Shown in pieces: positions 40,388 to 50,457 of a stretch of 64,000 bases of DNA. The stretch covers positions 96,001-160,000 of the forward strand of contig JAHLWS010000065.1 of NCBI GenBank assembly GCA_019057795.1. Direction: 5' to 3'. Source of the stretch: Promethearchaeota archaeon (GTDB lineage: Archaea; Asgardarchaeota; Lokiarchaeia; Sigyniarchaeales; SOKP01). The translations under genes and the position numbers were made by a program. Below the pieces are notes generated by a model. The model was not told the origin of the DNA. It saw only the letters and a list, made by a program, of their open reading frames with translations, and did not search any database. Numbering within the stretch: position 1 is the first letter of the stretch; the number at the start of each line of letters is the position of its first letter.

Positions 40388-41344
40388 TTGATTAGTGAAT
40401 TTGAAGATTTAGAAGATTTATTGATAGAAGGAAATAAAAAATACCAGTGGAAGATTGTGCAAGAGGAGGAAACGCCTAAAATTGACGGCCCAATTCCAAA
40501 GTATCCTGTTTTAATCCTTACTTGCATGAACCCAAGTATTGATGTATATCGAATATTTCAATTAAAGCCCGGAGATGTCTTCGTTTTAAGAAACGCGGGA
40601 AATGTGTATACCGAAGATGTTTTGAGATCCGTTTTAATTGCGATACACGAGTATAACATTAAATACATAGTAATTTTGGGACACATTGATTGTGGTTTGA
40701 AAAAGATTCGTTTAGGTGTTCTAAAGGATAAATTGAACGATTCAGCAATAAAAAAGATCGGAAGATATGGCACGAATTTTTATCTGGAACTACAGAAGTT
40801 TTTTAAAACTTTTATTGACGAGATAAAAAATATTGAGAATCAATTACAAAAATTTAGAAACGCAAAAGAATTACCCACAAATATCGAAATTAAGGGAATG
40901 CTCTACGATCCTAATTCGGGATGGGTATTTGAAGAGAAAGTGTTTAGAAAATACTCGGTTTATGAAAACTTCGCTAAAGATTATCGAAAAATCTTAAAAG
41001 CAAAACAATTTGAGTTGATTGATTATTTAGAAAAAATTGAAGATGAGATTATTAGTGGAGATGTACTACAAGAATTAGAAGAACCAGAAATAATTGACGA
41101 AGACGGCGAAGTACCGCAGGTTGGGGGAGAAATGAACGATCAAGAACCTTTTAATGTGGATGTATTAGAAGAAAGAACTAGTAAAACTTCTTCTTTTGAT
41201 GATCATAACTTTGACTTCGAACAGTTTCAAAACAAATCTATTCCAATGCCAACACTGCAAATCCCAAAAATCTACATACACATACCTAAGATTAAAGTCT
41301 ATGTCCCGGTGTTATATAAAAAAAAGAGTCTAAAATCCGAATAG
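40388..41344 (+). CDS. Beta-carbonic anhydrase-like protein with degenerate active site and acidic tail
   Basis: LTCMNPSI, LRNAGN, GHIDCG. Confidence 0.8.
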   Translation: MISEFEDLEDLLIEGNKKYQWKIVQEEETPKIDGPIPKYPVLILTCMNPSIDVYRIFQLKPGDVFVLRNAGNVYTEDVLRSVLIAIHEYNIKYIVILGHIDCGLKKIRLGVLKDKLNDSAIKKIGRYGTNFYLELQKFFKTFIDEIKNIENQLQKFRNAKELPTNIEIKGMLYDPNSGWVFEEKVFRKYSVYENFAKDYRKILKAKQFELIDYLEKIEDEIISGDVLQELEEPEIIDEDGEVPQVGGEMNDQEPFNVDVLEERTSKTSSFDDHNFDFEQFQNKSIPMPTLQIPKIYIHIPKIKVYVPVLYKKKSLKSE

Positions 41345-41485
41345 ATTTTAAAATAAATGTTTTTTTGTATTGATCTATCTATTAAAACTTGAGAACCAAA
41401 ACTAGCAGATTATTAGTAGGTAGTAAAAAAATTTTTAATTTAGAAATAATTTATTAATTTAAAAAATTTTCAATATCTATAAAGA

Positions 41486-41618
41486 GCCTCCGTGGCTTAG
41501 GCGGTAGAGCATTGCCTTGGTAAGGCAATTTATTAAGAATATATCTTAATAAGCTTATAGGTCGCGGGTTCAAAAGAAAGAAACATTTTGTTTTATTTGG
41601 AAACTCCCGCCGGAGGCT
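41486..41618 (+). tRNA. tRNA-Thr(GGT) with two introns (41529-41558 at 43/44; 41575-41604 at 59/60)
   Basis: Acceptor GCCTCCG/CGGAGGC, D arm GCTT/GAGC, anticodon arm TTGCC-TTGGTAA-GGCAA, T stem GCGGG/CCCGC; BHB motifs at both introns. Confidence 0.9.
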
Positions 41619-41710
41619 TTCTTATTTCTTTTTACTTCTTCTAATAAAACAAAAAAGATAATAATAATTTTAAATTAGATTAATAGTTAATAATATTATA
41701 AATTTAATTT

Positions 41711-41848
41711 GCCGGTGTGGCTTAGCTGGTTATAAAACATTCGTATTAAATGTTTGTTTAATAAGCGCCAGACTCATAATCCTACTGAAAAAATGGGTCA
41801 GACTGGATGCAATCTGGAGGTTCGTGGGCTCATATCCCACCACCGGCA
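41711..41848 (+). tRNA. tRNA-Met(CAT), probably elongator, with two introns (about 41735-41764 in the D arm; 33 nt at 37/38 or 38/39)
   Basis: Acceptor GCCGGTG/CACCGGC, anticodon arm CCAGA-CTCATAA-TCTGG, T stem GTGGG/CCCAC. Confidence 0.85.
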
Positions 41849-41992
41849 CTTTTCCTATTTTGAAATCAATATTTCAAATAATTTAAGACTATTATCTGGG
41901 GAAAAAGATTAATATGCCAAAAACTTATTAAATAGGAATGAATTAGTAAATATGGGATTAATTAGAATAAAGAAGTATGGTTTTGAATTAAA

Positions 41993-42181
41993 ATGAAAAT
42001 AAAGAAAGTTGATTCTCAGGGTAGAATCGTTTTACCTCGTAGATGGAAGGAAGAGGAGCTTAAGGATGGAAATGAAGTTATAATTATTGAGGAAAAAGGT
42101 ATTTTGAAAATAATTTCAAAAAAGAAAATCGAATTAGCCCAATTTTTTGATACATTAGATTTTGGAGAAGAAGTACTTTAA
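41993..42181 (+). CDS. AbrB/MazE-type DNA-binding protein (orphan antitoxin, possibly truncated)
   Basis: KKVDSQGRIVLPRRW. Confidence 0.7.
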   Translation: MKIKKVDSQGRIVLPRRWKEEELKDGNEVIIIEEKGILKIISKKKIELAQFFDTLDFGEEVL

Positions 42182-42340
42182 AAATTGAAAGATTCACTTT
42201 CGATAAACACTTTCGGAAACTAAAATATATTAGATGTTTACCACAATTTCCTAAAAAATTCAAATAAATTGCATTAAATTCTTCAAATAAAGAAATTAAA
42301 CCTAAAGATTTTTTATCGCATAATCTTAAAGATAATTGTT

Positions 42341-43894
42341 ATGGAAAGATTTATTTCAAAAAAGATTTCTTCCGAAGAATTGGCTATATTAGACAATAAT
42401 TCTGAATGGTTAGGAATTCCAAAAAGCCATTTAATGGAATGCGCGGGGTATTCTTTCGCAACAGAAATAGTATCTCAGGGTTATTTAAAGGAAAACTCAA
42501 AGGTCGTTATTTTTTGTGGAACGGGAAATAATGGGGGAGATGGATTTGTTATCGCTCGTCATTTGTCTTCTTTTGGAGCAAAGGTATTAGTGGTCTTAGT
42601 TGGAACACCTGATAAAATAAGAACAAAAGAAGCTCAACTCAATTGGAACATAATACGTAACAATCTAACTTACTCGATTAAAATAGAATTTATTAAAGAT
42701 TCTACTGACGTAAAAAAGATTGAATCTATTATTGAAAAAGATCAAAGTTATATGTTAATAATAGATGGATTACTCGGTACGGGGATAAAGGGACACGTCA
42801 GAGAACCAATATCATCAACAATTGACCTCATAAATAATATACGGGAAAAAGAAAGAGAGCGCATTAAGGTTGCCTCTATTGATATACCTTCCGGAATGAA
42901 TCCCGATACAGGAAAAGTTCCTGATAAAGCAGTTAATACGGATTTAGTAATAACCTTTCATAGGATTAAAAAAGGCATGAAAACTGGAAAATATCAAATA
43001 GTAGTAAAATCTATTGGGATACCACAAGAAGCAAGTATCTTTGTTGGAAAAGGTGATTTAATCCCAACTTTGAAATCAAGAAAAATTGATAACCACAAGG
43101 GAGAATTCGGAAGGGTTTTGGTTATTGGTGGCTCAAAGAATTATTCTGGAGCGCCTGCTTACGCTTCGTTATCAAGTATTCGTTTTGGATGCGACTTAGT
43201 TATAACTTACGTTCCGGAAGTCGTTGGAAATGTAGTAAGAAGTTATTCTCCAAACATGATAGTAAGGACAAGTCCAGGAGATTGGTTAACTACAAAAGCA
43301 TTAGACGAAATTTTATTGTTAATTGATTGGGCAAACACAATAATTATTGGCCCAGGATTAGGAACTGAAAACGCAAGCGAGGAACTCTTAATTAAAGTCT
43401 TAGAACCAATTAAAAATAAGGATAAATCAATTGTTATAGATGCAGATGCTTTAAAATTAATCAAAAACCATCTTGATTTAATAAAGGGAAAAAATGTGAT
43501 TTTAACTCCTCACGAAGGAGAATTGAAAATTATGGCGGGTATTGAATTACCACCCTATCACGAAATAGAACGGAGGGGAACCGAGATATTTAACTTAGCT
43601 AAAAAACTTGGCGTTACGTTATTGGTAAAAGGACCATATGATTACATTAGCAATGGTAAAAAACTAAAAATAAATAGAACTGGCTGCCCAGAAATGTCCA
43701 TTGGCGGAACTGGCGACGTGTTAGCGGGATTGTGCGCTAGCTTTTTAACTATAAGAAATAGTCCGTTCCAATCTGCATGCTCTGCCGCTTTTTTGAATGG
43801 TTATATAGGAGAATTTTGTAAAAAAACGATAGGACTTCGATTTACGGCAATGGATATGATAATTAACATTAATAAAGGAATTTTGAGCTTATAA
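42341..43894 (+). CDS. nnr: Bifunctional NAD(P)HX epimerase/dehydratase
   Basis: LMECAG, GNNGGDG, DIPSG, HKGEFG, IDADAL, LTPHEGE, GGTGDVLAG. Confidence 0.95.
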   Translation: MERFISKKISSEELAILDNNSEWLGIPKSHLMECAGYSFATEIVSQGYLKENSKVVIFCGTGNNGGDGFVIARHLSSFGAKVLVVLVGTPDKIRTKEAQLNWNIIRNNLTYSIKIEFIKDSTDVKKIESIIEKDQSYMLIIDGLLGTGIKGHVREPISSTIDLINNIREKERERIKVASIDIPSGMNPDTGKVPDKAVNTDLVITFHRIKKGMKTGKYQIVVKSIGIPQEASIFVGKGDLIPTLKSRKIDNHKGEFGRVLVIGGSKNYSGAPAYASLSSIRFGCDLVITYVPEVVGNVVRSYSPNMIVRTSPGDWLTTKALDEILLLIDWANTIIIGPGLGTENASEELLIKVLEPIKNKDKSIVIDADALKLIKNHLDLIKGKNVILTPHEGELKIMAGIELPPYHEIERRGTEIFNLAKKLGVTLLVKGPYDYISNGKKLKINRTGCPEMSIGGTGDVLAGLCASFLTIRNSPFQSACSAAFLNGYIGEFCKKTIGLRFTAMDMIININKGILSL

Positions 43895-44032
43895 AATTAT
43901 TAAAATCTTTTTGTCAGATGACAACTATACAAGGTTATATAGCTTGTTTTCTGCAAATTAATTTTTAATAAAAGTTTATTAACATCTAATATATTATTAT
44001 AGTATAAAATTATTGTCCTTATTATAACACAG

Positions 44033-44896
44033 TTGGTTGAGAGTATATTGGGAACTCAAGTATTCAGGATATTACCAGATGGTAACACAGAAGAAAACAA
44101 GACAGAAGGCCCTATAAAAGATATTCTAAAGACGGCAGAGTGCTACGTAATAGTTTCTGACGAATACCGTAAAGTTTATTTATGGAAAGGCATTGAGAGT
44201 AATGTTAGATCGAAATTTATAGGTGCAAAACGTAGCCAAGATATACGCGGTCAGGTAGGCATGCATTTTGGGGTTGTTCCTCTCGACGAGGGAGATGAAG
44301 AACCAGATTTTATAAAGTTAATTGGTGGGAAGACCGAAGGAGGTATTGCAAAGGAGATTAAAGAGGAAGGAAAACCAGCAGCTAGAGCCACTCCAGCAGG
44401 GCATCCCTTAAGAGGGAAAAATGTATTTGGTACCCCTAAACCTGCAGCGGGAATGAATATAGCCGGGTCCAGAGATAGAGCAACTCAAAACACAGGACCT
44501 TTGTATACTGGTCAGGAGTCGTTTTCTACGCTTATGCAAGACGAAACACACGTGGATTTTAACGAAATTATGCAAAAATTAGAAGCCATCAAAATACCTG
44601 ATGGATTTGAAAGAGAATTAATAATTATCGGGAATCACGCATACTCAGTAGTCGAAAGAGTTCAAACGTTTTTGGGCAAAAAACAAGTATCAAAAGAGAT
44701 TTCAAAGGTTGGAGCCATTCCAGAAGGTGTATTTTTTGCTGAGGATTATTCTCCAAGAATTTTATCAGAGAATGGCAAGATATTAGCAATAGAATTTCTT
44801 AAACATACAAGTGGACCTAAGGATGTTAAAGTAGAGTATAAATCTAAGAAAGAAATTTTAAAAAACCAGATAAAAACTCAGCTTGAAAAACGATAG
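44033..44896 (+). CDS. Single gelsolin-domain protein with C-terminal unknown domain
   Basis: CYVIV..VYLWKGIESNVRSKFIGA..DEGDEEPDF. Confidence 0.85.
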   Translation: MVESILGTQVFRILPDGNTEENKTEGPIKDILKTAECYVIVSDEYRKVYLWKGIESNVRSKFIGAKRSQDIRGQVGMHFGVVPLDEGDEEPDFIKLIGGKTEGGIAKEIKEEGKPAARATPAGHPLRGKNVFGTPKPAAGMNIAGSRDRATQNTGPLYTGQESFSTLMQDETHVDFNEIMQKLEAIKIPDGFERELIIIGNHAYSVVERVQTFLGKKQVSKEISKVGAIPEGVFFAEDYSPRILSENGKILAIEFLKHTSGPKDVKVEYKSKKEILKNQIKTQLEKR

Positions 44897-45065
44897 AATT
44901 TTTCTTTAACCATATTCTTTTATTTAATTTTTTATTGAGTTCTAATTAAACTTTAAAACAATTTAACCTATTAATTGAATAATATAAATTTTTAAGTTCG
45001 AAACGTCTATTTTATATTAAATAAAGAATAATAAAAAGATCAATTAAAAGCCAGAGATTATTCAA

Positions 45066-45449
45066 ATGAGCGATTTAAGCCAAGATCAAGCACATAGCTT
45101 ATCGAAATTTCTTGGTAATATTACCGAGCACACGGAATTAGAAGCCCTTGCCTTAGTAACCCGTGATGGTTTACGCCTTGCTTTTTCTTGCATCCCGGAT
45201 TACGAAGTGGACCCCGATTTATTTTCGAGTTTAAGTGCTGTAGTAATGCAAAGTGGTTATGATGCTATACAATCATTAGGGTATAATAATTTGTTAGAAG
45301 TGGTTTTAAGAGGAGATAATTCGTTTATAATTTTAAGTGGAGCAGGTAGGTTTTTCCTCATGGGAGGGAGCAGAAAGATTGAAGATTTGGGGAAGATCGT
45401 AACTGTATTCCGCTACTACGCGGGAGAGATTTCAAAAAGATATCCTTAA
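45066..45449 (+). CDS. Roadblock/LC7 domain protein
   Basis: ALALVTRDGLRLA..FSSLSAVV..EVVLRGDNSFII. Confidence 0.85.
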   Translation: MSDLSQDQAHSLSKFLGNITEHTELEALALVTRDGLRLAFSCIPDYEVDPDLFSSLSAVVMQSGYDAIQSLGYNNLLEVVLRGDNSFIILSGAGRFFLMGGSRKIEDLGKIVTVFRYYAGEISKRYP

Positions 45450-45532
45450 ACATATCATTTTATATATGTAATAAGAAGATATTATGCGAATTTTTTAATA
45501 GACATATATTTATATACTTTAAAAAAAAATAG

Positions 45533-47830
45533 TTGATGGTCATGTCTGAAATTAAGATTTTTGTTGATATTAGCGAAAGTACTACCGGTAAAGTGGCGAT
45601 TTGTCAAGAAAATGCTAATAAATTAGGAATAAAAAATGGAGCTTCAGTTGAAATTGAAAATCCAGATAATAGCAAAAAAACAGCAGCGGTTATCGAAATT
45701 TCAAATATGGTACTAGATTTTGCGGGTCAAGTTTCAAAAAACATTGTAGATGCCCTCGAGTTTACTGGAGTTGAGCTAATTATCCGACCAACGAGTAGTA
45801 TGGGTTTAATTGTTCCTAAATTACAAATTCCGAAGGTTCCAGTTCTGAAACCAGTAGTACCTCCTCCTTCAACATCTAAACCCGGATTAACGCCATTACC
45901 AACGAGACCTCCTCAATTAACGCCGTCTAGACCTACGCCTCAACCGACTACTGCACCAATTCCTCAAACTCCACCACCGTCAGAACCTCAGCCTGTTCCG
46001 GGTCACATACCAATTCCAACTCAACAACCAGCGCCTACACCACCATTTCAGCCTGTTGCGGGTCACATACCAATTCCAGCTCAACAACCAGCACCTACAC
46101 CACCACCTCAACCAACATTAGTACCATCACCCCAATTAACCCCAACGCCAACTCCACCATCACCAACTCCCATACCACAAGTTTCGCTGCCTCAGATACC
46201 TCAACCTATCCCAAATCAAGCCCCACTCCCAACTCCTGGACAAGAACTTGGTGTAACTACTGCTCCTGTTGATCCTTACTCTAATAGAATTGATGCTAAT
46301 ATATTAAGAAGCCAAAAAAATGGTATTGTATTAACTCCAACTGTAGATGATTCTATTGAAGGTGGGAGAGTTCGACTTAGTAGTACAGTTATCCAACAAT
46401 TAGGTCTTGGGCAAAGTATGTTAATAGCATGGGAAGATCCACTTACACGCGTTATGGGTTCTGCCAGGATTGATCAGGCAATGATCGGTCCTACAGAGAT
46501 TAGAATGAGTAGAGATACTAAAGAAGACACAAATATTCAATCCCAACAGATTGTAGTGTATTCCACCGAACCTTCCATTCAAAAATCGTCTCAAATAATG
46601 TTAGAAGTACAATCACAACCAAACTTAATGGGATACGCACTAGTAAGCCCTAGAACGCAGCACACGCTTTCACTTGTACAAGATAACGTACTTGCCTTTG
46701 AAGACGAGCTTACAGGGGCAATTGGAGCAGGGAAAGTAGAAATACTGGAATCTGTACCAGATAACACCATCATTATTGATAGTGAAATTCTGGAAGCTTC
46801 TGGAATTGGAAGTTTTGAAGTTAAAGTATCCAAAAATACTCGACCAATAATACCATTACAAAATGTCTCGCTTGGAATTTCGCCAATCTCGGGCGAAAAC
46901 ATGTGGGAGATTATTAGCACCGCCCGGCAGAATGTTGACTCGCTAAAAGGTTGGTTAGCTAATTACATAATCTTTAAAGGAATAAAATTAAGATGGAACG
47001 CTGTAAATATTGCGTGCTCTATTCTTACAACTACTCCAGATTTAGTAGGCGACATATTAGCACAAATAACTGAAAGTACCGCAATAAATTTGAGTCCTAC
47101 TGGCTTAGTCCCATTCAATGCCATATTGATCATTGATATTAGCCGATCCATGATGGCAAGGGATGTACTTATTAGAAACATCGCTCCTGCAATTGAGGGG
47201 ATTAAAGCAGCAATGGAATCGCGAGAGATTCAAGAATTTTTAAAGCATTTCAAAGAAGGCATTAACGTACCTAGGAGAATTTCTGCAGCTTTCGCAGCAG
47301 TTCTTTTCTTAAGTGAGAAAGTTGGACGTGGTTTTGGCGAAAAGGTGTCAATAATTCGCTTTGCAGATGAAGCGCAATTGCTCCCCTTCGGTAATAATTT
47401 CTATATGGACTCAGCAAGCGGAAAGAAAGGAGTATTAGAGGAGGCAGCAAGGATGGTGGTGGATCGTATAGGAAATGCTTACGGTCAAAGTACCAATATG
47501 GGACAAGCAATGGTAAAAGCCCACCAAGTTTTAACCGAATTCGATAAAATGAGTCAAGGTAATCCACAACCCACTATGATTGTATTGCTAACTGATGGTG
47601 TACCAACGGATCCTGAAAGCTTCCTAAAATCAATAAAGCTATTCGCCGAGATGCCTAATGTTATATTATATATCGTCGGTTTAGGGAACCCAGATAGGGA
47701 GTTAATGACTCGTGCAGCCCATTTATGTGGTGGCGAATATTTCGAACCAGCAGATGCGGGAGAATTATTAATTTGGTACTCAAAACGTGCTCGAGATCTG
47801 ACCATTAAGATGAAAGCCCATAAAGAATAA
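45533..47830 (+). CDS. Repeated CDC48-N-like barrels, Pro-rich linker and C-terminal VWA domain
   Basis: GKVAICQENANKLGI / GRVRLSSTVIQQLGL / GYALVSPRTQHTLSL; MIDAS DISRS..T..LTDG. Confidence 0.8.
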   Translation: MMVMSEIKIFVDISESTTGKVAICQENANKLGIKNGASVEIENPDNSKKTAAVIEISNMVLDFAGQVSKNIVDALEFTGVELIIRPTSSMGLIVPKLQIPKVPVLKPVVPPPSTSKPGLTPLPTRPPQLTPSRPTPQPTTAPIPQTPPPSEPQPVPGHIPIPTQQPAPTPPFQPVAGHIPIPAQQPAPTPPPQPTLVPSPQLTPTPTPPSPTPIPQVSLPQIPQPIPNQAPLPTPGQELGVTTAPVDPYSNRIDANILRSQKNGIVLTPTVDDSIEGGRVRLSSTVIQQLGLGQSMLIAWEDPLTRVMGSARIDQAMIGPTEIRMSRDTKEDTNIQSQQIVVYSTEPSIQKSSQIMLEVQSQPNLMGYALVSPRTQHTLSLVQDNVLAFEDELTGAIGAGKVEILESVPDNTIIIDSEILEASGIGSFEVKVSKNTRPIIPLQNVSLGISPISGENMWEIISTARQNVDSLKGWLANYIIFKGIKLRWNAVNIACSILTTTPDLVGDILAQITESTAINLSPTGLVPFNAILIIDISRSMMARDVLIRNIAPAIEGIKAAMESREIQEFLKHFKEGINVPRRISAAFAAVLFLSEKVGRGFGEKVSIIRFADEAQLLPFGNNFYMDSASGKKGVLEEAARMVVDRIGNAYGQSTNMGQAMVKAHQVLTEFDKMSQGNPQPTMIVLLTDGVPTDPESFLKSIKLFAEMPNVILYIVGLGNPDRELMTRAAHLCGGEYFEPADAGELLIWYSKRARDLTIKMKAHKE
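45988..46105 (+). repeat. 60-bp tandem duplication in the Pro-rich linker
   Basis: QPVPGHIPIPTQQPAPTPP / QPVAGHIPIPAQQPAPTPP. Confidence 0.9.
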
Positions 47831-48035
47831 TTGAAAAGAAAGAAAAAAATTTATTTTTTTAGTATTATATCATTAAATTCTAATTAAATAGTCTTTCCAA
47901 ACGAATCTGATGAATGATAATACTAAGAAAATTACGATTTTATTTTTATCTCTTTGTTCGCTTTCTATAAAATTTTTATACTTATAATTTAATAATAACT
48001 ATAAATAAGCAAAATATGTAATTTGTGTCAAACCA

Positions 48036-48437
48036 ATGAAAGAAGTTAAAATTCTTACAATAGACGAACGTGGTAGAATAGTTATTCCACAAATCGTAAG
48101 GAAATCCTTAGGAATTACCACAAATTCGCAATTAATGATGATTAGCGACTCTGAAGCTAAAGAAATAAAAATATCTCCAATTGGTCTACGGGATGAGAGT
48201 AACCTTATTAAATTAAGAATTACTATGGGAGATACACCTGGAGCGTTAGCAAAATTAGCAACCACTTTCGGAGATTTAAATCTAAGTATGATGTATAGCG
48301 AAGCTGTTATCATTGAAAAAGGCAAAACTGCTGTTTGGACTGTAATATCCGAGAGCTTTGGGAGTTTAGAAGAACTCGAAAAAATTTTAAAAGAAAAAGG
48401 AGAAGCGCTTAAAGTAGAATTTCTATCTTTGGAATAA
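48036..48437 (+). CDS. AbrB + ACT domain regulator
   Basis: TIDERGRIVIP; DTPGALAKLA. Confidence 0.85.
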   Translation: MKEVKILTIDERGRIVIPQIVRKSLGITTNSQLMMISDSEAKEIKISPIGLRDESNLIKLRITMGDTPGALAKLATTFGDLNLSMMYSEAVIIEKGKTAVWTVISESFGSLEELEKILKEKGEALKVEFLSLE

Positions 48438-48472
48438 TATATATCTTATTATAAAGTTGAGGTTTAAGTCTT

Positions 48473-49204
48473 ATGGCTAAAAAAAAGAAGAAAGAGAAGA
48501 AAAAAATAGAAGAGAAAGTTCCTAACTTCACTTTAGATAATGTTTTGAAATCGTCGAAAAAGACTGAATCAACCTTGCACGGATTACTTAAAGCCTTCAC
48601 TGAAGATAAAGGGTTTATTTCTCCAAAAGAAGAAGAAAAAATTTCGCCTCAGCTTTCTTATGAAGTTAAGAAGAAAATAGCAGAAGATTACATGATAGAA
48701 GAAATTCCGATTACCGAGAGAAAGCCTCTTCCAAAGAGTGAGCCTCTTCCAAAAGTTTCTGAAGAAAAAGAAAAACCAAAGGTGGAAGTCCCTACTACTG
48801 CCCCTAGCACCATTAAAACGCCCTCATTCTCTAAGAAAGACGATATTTACTTAAAATTATCTGATTTTTTTGAAGAAGTATTTAAAGGTTATGTAGATCG
48901 TTATAACCAATGGGAGAATTCTATATCTTCAATCCTTTCAATACTTAGAAAAATGAGGAAGATAACAAAGAAAAACACCGAAGACTTATCTACGACGATA
49001 AATAACTTATTCGATAAAATTCGATACTATTTGGAACAATTTAAGGTAAAGCGCGAGGAAGTTGAAAAGATTGCAGGTGTAGATATTGAATCTATGTCCA
49101 GTGAATTTAAAATGGTTTTAGGGTTATTAGAATTGCAAGTGAAGGAATATCAATTAAAAAAATTATCGGATGAATACATCCATCAACAACAAACGTTCTC
49201 ATAA
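48473..49204 (+). CDS. Hypothetical protein (disordered N-terminus, helical C-terminus)
   Basis: 243-aa ORF in operon orientation. Confidence 0.7.
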   Translation: MAKKKKKEKKKIEEKVPNFTLDNVLKSSKKTESTLHGLLKAFTEDKGFISPKEEEKISPQLSYEVKKKIAEDYMIEEIPITERKPLPKSEPLPKVSEEKEKPKVEVPTTAPSTIKTPSFSKKDDIYLKLSDFFEEVFKGYVDRYNQWENSISSILSILRKMRKITKKNTEDLSTTINNLFDKIRYYLEQFKVKREEVEKIAGVDIESMSSEFKMVLGLLELQVKEYQLKKLSDEYIHQQQTFS

Positions 49205-49251
49205 AGGTAGTACTTAAGATCATTTTGATATTAAACAATTAAAAAATAATT

Positions 49252-50448
49252 ATGTCAGATACTGATAACGATCAATTACTTCCATTAATTCTCGATATAG
49301 GTTGCAATAATTTTAGGATGGGCTGGGCTGGAGGCGATTTTCCGGACATTATTGCTCCTAGCGTATATGTCGATATTTCTGATTACTTATTCAAGTCTGA
49401 TATAATTAATGGATTAGGAGATATTTTTTTAAATACGAATACACAAGCCCATTTAGTAGGACATGATGCCTTAAAATATAAGAGCATTTTGAAAATACGC
49501 GAATTTAGAAAAGAAAACAATTATAACATTCTTCTAAAGTTTTTTTATCATTATTACCAACAATTAAATATATCAGAAGAATTGCGGTTTAAACAACCAA
49601 TAATCATTATTACTCCATTTTACAAATCAGAGTTAGAAAAAACAAAGCTTCAAGAAATTTACTTCAACTTGTTGAATTTCCCTTATCTTCTATTTTTATC
49701 TGAGAGTCAGGCAATTTTATCCACCTTACAGAAATCTAGTGGCGTAATCGTTAATATCGGAGAATCTAATACTTATATCTCCACAATTTTTCATGGATTT
49801 ACGAACATAATGGCGCGTGATATGTTTCCGATTACCGGAAAAGATTTAACTAGCTATCTTCTTAATTTAATTTTAAGTAAAATCGGCGCTATCAAAAACA
49901 TTTATCTTGATATTGCAATCACAAAAGAGATTAAAGAACGATTGTCTTTATGTATATTAGATCCTACGGGAGAAAATAAAAGAGTAAAAGAAGGATTAAC
50001 CAAATACGATCGGATAGTAGATTTACCAGATGGTACTAAGCTAAAATTAAACTCAGAACGGTTTTTACTATCAGAACCTTTATTTAATCCTAAGATCATT
50101 CATGTTGATTATATTGGTTTAGCTGAGGCTATTTCTAAGGTAATAAAGACATGGGATAGAGAAAATTGGGAAGAGCTTCTTTCAAATGTTATCCTTTCGG
50201 GAGGAAGTAGCTTGATACCTGGTTTGAGTGAAAGATTAAAAGTAGAATTGCAGAAATACTTCTCGGAAAAGCTAAAAAATAAAATCAAAGTGGTAGCAGC
50301 CTCAGGAAGGGAAAATATGGGCTGGATAGGGGCTTCAATTCTTTATTCAAAAAATCAATTAAAAAAGGGATGGTTAAATAACCCTAATCTTCAAGATCCT
50401 GATCAAGAACAAAATGATCAAACGAGCTCTCAAAATGAATTAAAATAA
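49252..50448 (+). CDS. Divergent actin-family (actin-related) protein
   Basis: LILDIGCNNFRMGWAGGDFP, QAILS, GVIVNIGE, LPDG..ERF..EPLFNP, NVILSGGSS, WIGASIL. Confidence 0.9.
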   Translation: MSDTDNDQLLPLILDIGCNNFRMGWAGGDFPDIIAPSVYVDISDYLFKSDIINGLGDIFLNTNTQAHLVGHDALKYKSILKIREFRKENNYNILLKFFYHYYQQLNISEELRFKQPIIIITPFYKSELEKTKLQEIYFNLLNFPYLLFLSESQAILSTLQKSSGVIVNIGESNTYISTIFHGFTNIMARDMFPITGKDLTSYLLNLILSKIGAIKNIYLDIAITKEIKERLSLCILDPTGENKRVKEGLTKYDRIVDLPDGTKLKLNSERFLLSEPLFNPKIIHVDYIGLAEAISKVIKTWDRENWEELLSNVILSGGSSLIPGLSERLKVELQKYFSEKLKNKIKVVAASGRENMGWIGASILYSKNQLKKGWLNNPNLQDPDQEQNDQTSSQNELK

Positions 50449-50457
50449 TTAGCGTAA

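Noticed and set aside
41486-41848. tRNA genes as the integration site of the island
   Set aside because: No duplicated tRNA fragment found at the island boundaries; they lie about 8 kb away
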